DNA of 21,855 nucleotides from contig JAOPTW010000007.1 of the NCBI GenBank assembly GCA_051532035.1, forward strand, positions 1-21,855, given 5' to 3'. The notes under the pieces are model-generated. The model had not been told where the DNA came from, ran no database searches, and worked only from the letters and a program-made list of their open reading frames with translations. The DNA comes from Fibrobacterales bacterium (GTDB taxonomy: Bacteria > Fibrobacterota > Fibrobacteria > Fibrobacterales > JAOPTW01). Positions 17,813 through 21,855 of the stretch are shown piece by piece (positions within the stretch are counted from its first letter, which is position 1; every line of letters begins with the position of its first letter). The position numbers were made by a program, and so were the translations under genes.

Positions 17813-18511
17813 ATGATGCTTGATGCCTTTAAAACCGTATTCGGAAATCTTCTATCTACAATGTGGTGGCTCCCCGTAGCACTGGTCTTCTTTTGGCTGT
17901 TAAAGCAGCCTTTTGTTAAGGGTATGATCGGTGAGTTTGTGGTGAACCTAATACTTTCACGGTCATTGAATAAGGCGGAATACCGGCTGATGAAGAATGT
18001 GACCTTACCAACTACCGATAAGGATGGTAAGAGTGCTACTACCCAGATAGATCATATTGTTGTTTCTCAGTACGGCGTATTTGTTATTGAGACAAAGAAC
18101 TACCGAGGGTGGATCTTTGGCACCGAAAAGCAGAAGACGTGGACCCAAAAAATCTATCGTAAGAATTTCAAATTTCAGAACCCCCTTCATCAGAACTATA
18201 AGCATACTCAGACCTTAGCGGCTCTTCTTGAGCTCTCTCCTGAAGTCATTCATTCGGTGATTGTCTTTGTAGGGAGTGCTACTTTTAAAACCGATATGCC
18301 GGTCTCTGTTGGTCATGCGAGTGACATGGTGCGCTATATTAAATCTCATACGGGTAAGGTGTTTAATAATACTCAGCTTTCGAGTGTTATAACAGCCATT
18401 GAGTCTGGGCGATTAAAGCCGTCTCTTAAAACCCATAGGGATCATGTTGCTCATGTGAAGGAGATTGTAGCCGCCAAGGATAAGGGTACTGCTTCAGTGG
18501 GAAATAGCTAG
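17813..18511 (+). CDS. NERD (nuclease-related domain) protein with an N-terminal TM helix
   Basis: GGGAGG RBS; KGMIGE, TTQIDHIVVSQYGVFVIETKNYRGWIFG, WTQ, FQNPLHQNYKH. Confidence 0.93.
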   Translation: MMLDAFKTVFGNLLSTMWWLPVALVFFWLLKQPFVKGMIGEFVVNLILSRSLNKAEYRLMKNVTLPTTDKDGKSATTQIDHIVVSQYGVFVIETKNYRGWIFGTEKQKTWTQKIYRKNFKFQNPLHQNYKHTQTLAALLELSPEVIHSVIVFVGSATFKTDMPVSVGHASDMVRYIKSHTGKVFNNTQLSSVITAIESGRLKPSLKTHRDHVAHVKEIVAAKDKGTASVGNS

Positions 18512-18552
18512 ATTATTTATTAGAAATCAACCATCTTTATAATAAGAGTTAT
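18482..18552 (+). repeat. Repeat module B, copy 2, overlapping the NERD 3' end
   Basis: 58/71 match to 6812-6882. Confidence 0.92.
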
Positions 18553-18656
18553 GTGGCCAGTGGTAGGAATAAAAACAAGTACACCATATGAATAAATATC
18601 TCACACTATGTTTTATTGGAATATTTGCATTCAGCTTTGTGTTCCTAACCGTTTAA

Positions 18657-18681
18657 ATAGTCGGACCAATGGCCCGACTAT
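18657..18681 (-). terminator. Probable terminator of the ricin-lectin gene
   Basis: ATAGTCGGGCC-ATT-GGTCCGACTAT on the minus strand, about 25 nt after the stop. Confidence 0.6.
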
Positions 18682-18706
18682 AATCATGATGTTCTGCAAT
18701 TAAGTA

Positions 18707-20314
18707 TTAGTCTATTTCAACAATATCCCATAATTGATTTTCTGCACCAATAAAGTCCCATTGGTGGATATTACCCCAGTTCCAAGTAGCCCATTCTGCA
18801 ACGTCGAGTGCTTTTTGGCTCATAACATTTTCTATTTTGTATGAGTCTCCATAATATGAGATTGTCCACTGTTGATTGGCACTATTAATAAAATCCCATT
18901 GGTGTATATTGCCACCGTTTTCTAAAGAGAAGTCTGCAACATCAAGTGCCTTGCCGCTCTGTACATTAATGATAGAAAAACCATCATTTGCTTCTGAAAT
19001 AGTCCACAATTGATTCAGACCATTATAACAATCCCATTGGTGGATGTTTACTCCGTTCCATGTTGCATTTTCTGCGATATCAATACATTTGTTACTTAGT
19101 TTATTTACCAGTGCATAGCGAGCAGTTGGGTCGAATTCCGGTTCTAAATCAATTTCTTCATTAAGAACAAACTTTTTCACTACAATCATAGCATCCTTCG
19201 TTGTGTACGCTATGATAGGATTATTGAATGTGTTGATAGCGAGTGAAGCCGCATAATAGTATTTGTTATCGGAGAATTGACTCTCTTCCCATGTGGTTCC
19301 ATTAATCCATGAAAAATCACCACCTGTAGAGTATTTCATTGAAGCCAAGTTACTGGAAGGAAAAGATTGTAACGTCCAGTAGATTACTGAACCGTCTTTA
19401 GAAACCTGTGCAGGCCAGTCTCTGGTACCACGTCCACGTGTTTGGCTCCATCCGGCACCAGTTGAAACCCATTCACCTAATTGTGAGTCATATTTATACA
19501 GATTTTGTGAAGTGGTTAAATAAGAGGTACCCGTTGTAGCATAGAGCGTTCCGTCTGTGGTAAAGAAAAGGTCTTCAAGTCCTCGAAGATATCCGTGAGC
19601 GCGGTCCATACTCGTATAAAAAGTCCATGTGGTGCCCTCAAGTTTTTTCACAAGTGCGAGTGCGGTATGACTTGGGGTGTCTCCTGATCTTCGAAGATAC
19701 GTCACATACGGAGTGTTTGTGTTATCAAATGCAATATTTACGTAATAGTTGCTTATGAAGCCTGTGGGATGCATGTTAATAATAGTATTACCCGCTGGCT
19801 GCCACCAATTGTCTGCAAAGCGTTTTACTTCCAGAGATTGACCATCTTCAGTGAGGAATGCAGTATATGGCACACCATTGTTATCTGTTGTAATGGTATT
19901 ACGGGTATCATTTTCCCATGTTCGTGTCCAAACAATATCCCAATCAGTGCCATTAAAGCGTGCGATTGTATTGCCATCATTAACAATTGGAGTATTGTTG
20001 CCAATAATACTGAAGGTAACCTCTCCAGACAAATCGATATTTTCAAGAGCAGTTGAGTTTTCTGCCTGCCATGTGTTGTTCACTAATCGAAACATGGTTG
20101 GAACAGCAGAACCTACTGGGCCAATGTCTGCAAGTAAATACAAATCGCCCGCTGGTGCTGATGCTACTGAAACAGCTCCTTGAGCAGAAAGAGTGTTGAG
20201 TGTTGTTTGATCTATGGATTCCCAGTTTGATTGTGCTGAGAGTGTGGTTGTCGCTATTAAAAAACTACCAAGCACAAAGCTTTTTAGTTTTAGGGTGTGT
20301 GTAAAAATTTTCAT
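18707..20314 (-). CDS. Secreted beta-propeller-like protein with a C-terminal ricin-B (CBM13) lectin domain
   Basis: Signal peptide from ATG 20314 (AGGGA RBS); Trp-anchored beta repeats; three LD(I/V)A...NIHQWD...NQ(L/Q)W subdomains. Confidence 0.9.
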   Translation of the reverse strand: MKIFTHTLKLKSFVLGSFLIATTTLSAQSNWESIDQTTLNTLSAQGAVSVASAPAGDLYLLADIGPVGSAVPTMFRLVNNTWQAENSTALENIDLSGEVTFSIIGNNTPIVNDGNTIARFNGTDWDIVWTRTWENDTRNTITTDNNGVPYTAFLTEDGQSLEVKRFADNWWQPAGNTIINMHPTGFISNYYVNIAFDNTNTPYVTYLRRSGDTPSHTALALVKKLEGTTWTFYTSMDRAHGYLRGLEDLFFTTDGTLYATTGTSYLTTSQNLYKYDSQLGEWVSTGAGWSQTRGRGTRDWPAQVSKDGSVIYWTLQSFPSSNLASMKYSTGGDFSWINGTTWEESQFSDNKYYYAASLAINTFNNPIIAYTTKDAMIVVKKFVLNEEIDLEPEFDPTARYALVNKLSNKCIDIAENATWNGVNIHQWDCYNGLNQLWTISEANDGFSIINVQSGKALDVADFSLENGGNIHQWDFINSANQQWTISYYGDSYKIENVMSQKALDVAEWATWNWGNIHQWDFIGAENQLWDIVEID

Positions 20315-20527
20315 CTGTGTGTCCCTTTGATGATTTTTGTTTTGCGAGCGTTTTGCTCGCAAAACAAAAATACTAGGACGGTGTACAGTATTGATACTTA
20401 TGTATTTTATTCAATGAAAAAGCGTACTAATAGCGTTCTTAAAATGTTCCGATGTTTTGAGGACCTGCTAGAAACGTTTAAATGAGTAACTACCGAAACA
20501 TAGAGAGTACACGGTTCATAATCTGTC

Positions 20528-20722
20528 TTACCCAACTTCAATAATGTAGGTACCGTCCATACGCACTGAGAAGTTGATCGTTCCTCCGTTGCCATTGCGC
20601 TGAATGTTTTCGAGAAGTCTTCCATGATAGGTATAGAGTCGAAAGTGATCGGTCCCTGTGGGTACCGTTACGCTGTAGTCGCCACGGGCGAGGTTGTGCT
20701 TGCTGTATTCGTAAGAGCTCAT
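20528..20722 (-). CDS. Orphan T9SS-CTD-like small ORF or gene fragment
   Basis: VPTGTDHFRLYTYHGRLL...GTYIIEV aligns by eye with the GLUG tail IPEHARSYTLYSVHGVVL...GLMLIRF. Confidence 0.55.
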   Translation of the reverse strand: MSSYEYSKHNLARGDYSVTVPTGTDHFRLYTYHGRLLENIQRNGNGGTINFSVRMDGTYIIEVG

Positions 20723-20844
20723 AGTATAAAAATATAGAAAAATGATTTATTATCAGGATGCTCGTATTGCATCAGATAGTATTTTTACCGAGTATATCCG
20801 GTGTACTTCAATTGGGGAGTATTGAATGCTCATTCAGGTGAAAG

Positions 20845-21117
20845 CTATTGAATAGAAATAGTCAGCTTCTTACCAAGTGCACGAGCGAACTTCTCAAGGG
20901 TAGAGAGTTTAATATCTTCGGCGTGGTTTTCTATGCGAGATATAGCCGACTTCTTTGTGTGTAATACTGTGGCGAGCTCTTCTTGAGTAATGCCTGAGTT
21001 TTCTCGTTCCATTTTGAGCATAGCGCCCACTTTAAAGGCATCGTATCCCTCTTCGAAGTTTATAGAGAAGTCAGGGTCTTTCTGCTTTCGTTTGTTTATG
21101 TATTTTTTAATATCATT
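20845..21117 (-). pseudogene. XRE/HigA-like HTH antitoxin with no evident native start codon and no cognate toxin
   Basis: The frame extends upstream as NDIKKYINKRKQKDPDFSINFEEGYDAFKVGAML...GITQEELA...KSAISRIEN; no in-frame ATG between 21031 and the TGA at 21139-21141. Confidence 0.75.
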
Positions 21118-21421
21118 TGGGTATTTGTAGTTATAGTTTCATTACGGACAAATATTGGATGGGTGCTTTTTTGTTGGGGTAGCGCATGATCCGGTTTATA
21201 ATTATCGCTCAAAATAACGCCATGAATCAATTTGATTTGAATTCCTATTGAAAAGAGAATATACCATCTATATGTCGCCCCAAGTCACGTAACAACTATT
21301 GATTCACCTTTATTCGCGTGATTGTGTTTGCCGGTATACCAACAGCAGATAATGATGTTGGTTCATTAGCCTTTTGGGAACCCTCAGAACATTTACATTA
21401 ATTTTGAGGGATAGGCAGGTG

Positions 21422-21855
21422 CTAACGAACCCAATAGAATACCCCCGTATCACTAGTGCCACTGTGCTCAATCCCATAGATCAAAAGGCCTGTTGAGATG
21501 TGTGTCGGTAGAGAATTGTTCCCAGTATGAACCGTTTGGCTCAGGAGAAGTTGACCCATCACATCCCAAATTTTAATGTGGGCTACTCCATTCAATTCAG
21601 ATCCAATAATAAGCCCTTGTGCAGAGTGAGAAATTGAGAAGGGCGATACATGTGTAACCAAAGCGGTCATTGCTTCACTACTTTCAGAAGTTGCGTCTAT
21701 TGAACTTTCTGCATGTGCTGCGTCTGATGATACTTCGATAAACGACGAGCTTTCAAGGGCTTCTGAAGCGACGAACTCACTTGAAGAGTAGAGTGGTGTT
21801 TCAGAGGAAAGAGTCTCAGAAGAACTGCTCATACCATACGTATCATTAGTCTCTA
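21422..21855 (-). CDS. 3' end of a secreted protein (Ser-rich linker plus T9SS-CTD-like tail), partial
   Basis: Frame open to the window edge; IKIWDVMGQLL...TGLLIYGI. Confidence 0.8.
   Translation of the reverse strand, partial: ETNDTYGMSSSSETLSSETPLYSSSEFVASEALESSSFIEVSSDAAHAESSIDATSESSEAMTALVTHVSPFSISHSAQGLIIGSELNGVAHIKIWDVMGQLLLSQTVHTGNNSLPTHISTGLLIYGIEHSGTSDTGVFYWVR

Noticed and set aside
7667..20625. Track ORFs 7667-7912, 7860-8138, 7885-8082, 10222-10822 set, 11820-12126, 12285-12725, 13732-13965, 14422-14640, 17469-17663, 18005-18205, 19769-20183, 20297-20625
   Set aside because: They overlap better-supported genes or pseudogenes in other frames, or lack an RBS and any motif.

Overview
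AT-rich bacterial accessory region, probably from a Fibrobacterota-like organism (inferred from fibro-slime/PA14 lipoproteins, Ser-rich linkers, T9SS-CTD-like tails and a PorV-like barrel). No rRNA, tRNA, CRISPR array, intact integrase or transposase is visible. The intact genes mostly encode surface or secreted proteins: two paralogous Cys/Asp-repeat fibro-slime lipoproteins, a 1214-aa GLUG-type protein, a ricin-B lectin protein, three probable outer-membrane barrels and several lipoproteins. Between them lie decayed genes: an Rpn nuclease, a PLD-family fragment missing its HxK segment, an FN3-like fragment, and an HTH antitoxin lacking its start codon and toxin. The most unusual signals are non-coding. 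(1) At ~6.9-9.4 kb, small + strand ORFs are bracketed by complementary GTTRRRY/RYYYAAC-like cores, resembling a degenerate integron cassette cluster without an integrase. (2) About ten short repeat modules (14-73 bp) recur in different combinations, and several module edges coincide with gene truncation points. (3) A 24-bp TIR-like motif occurs in both orientations. All alignments were made by eye and family names come from recalled motifs, not searches.
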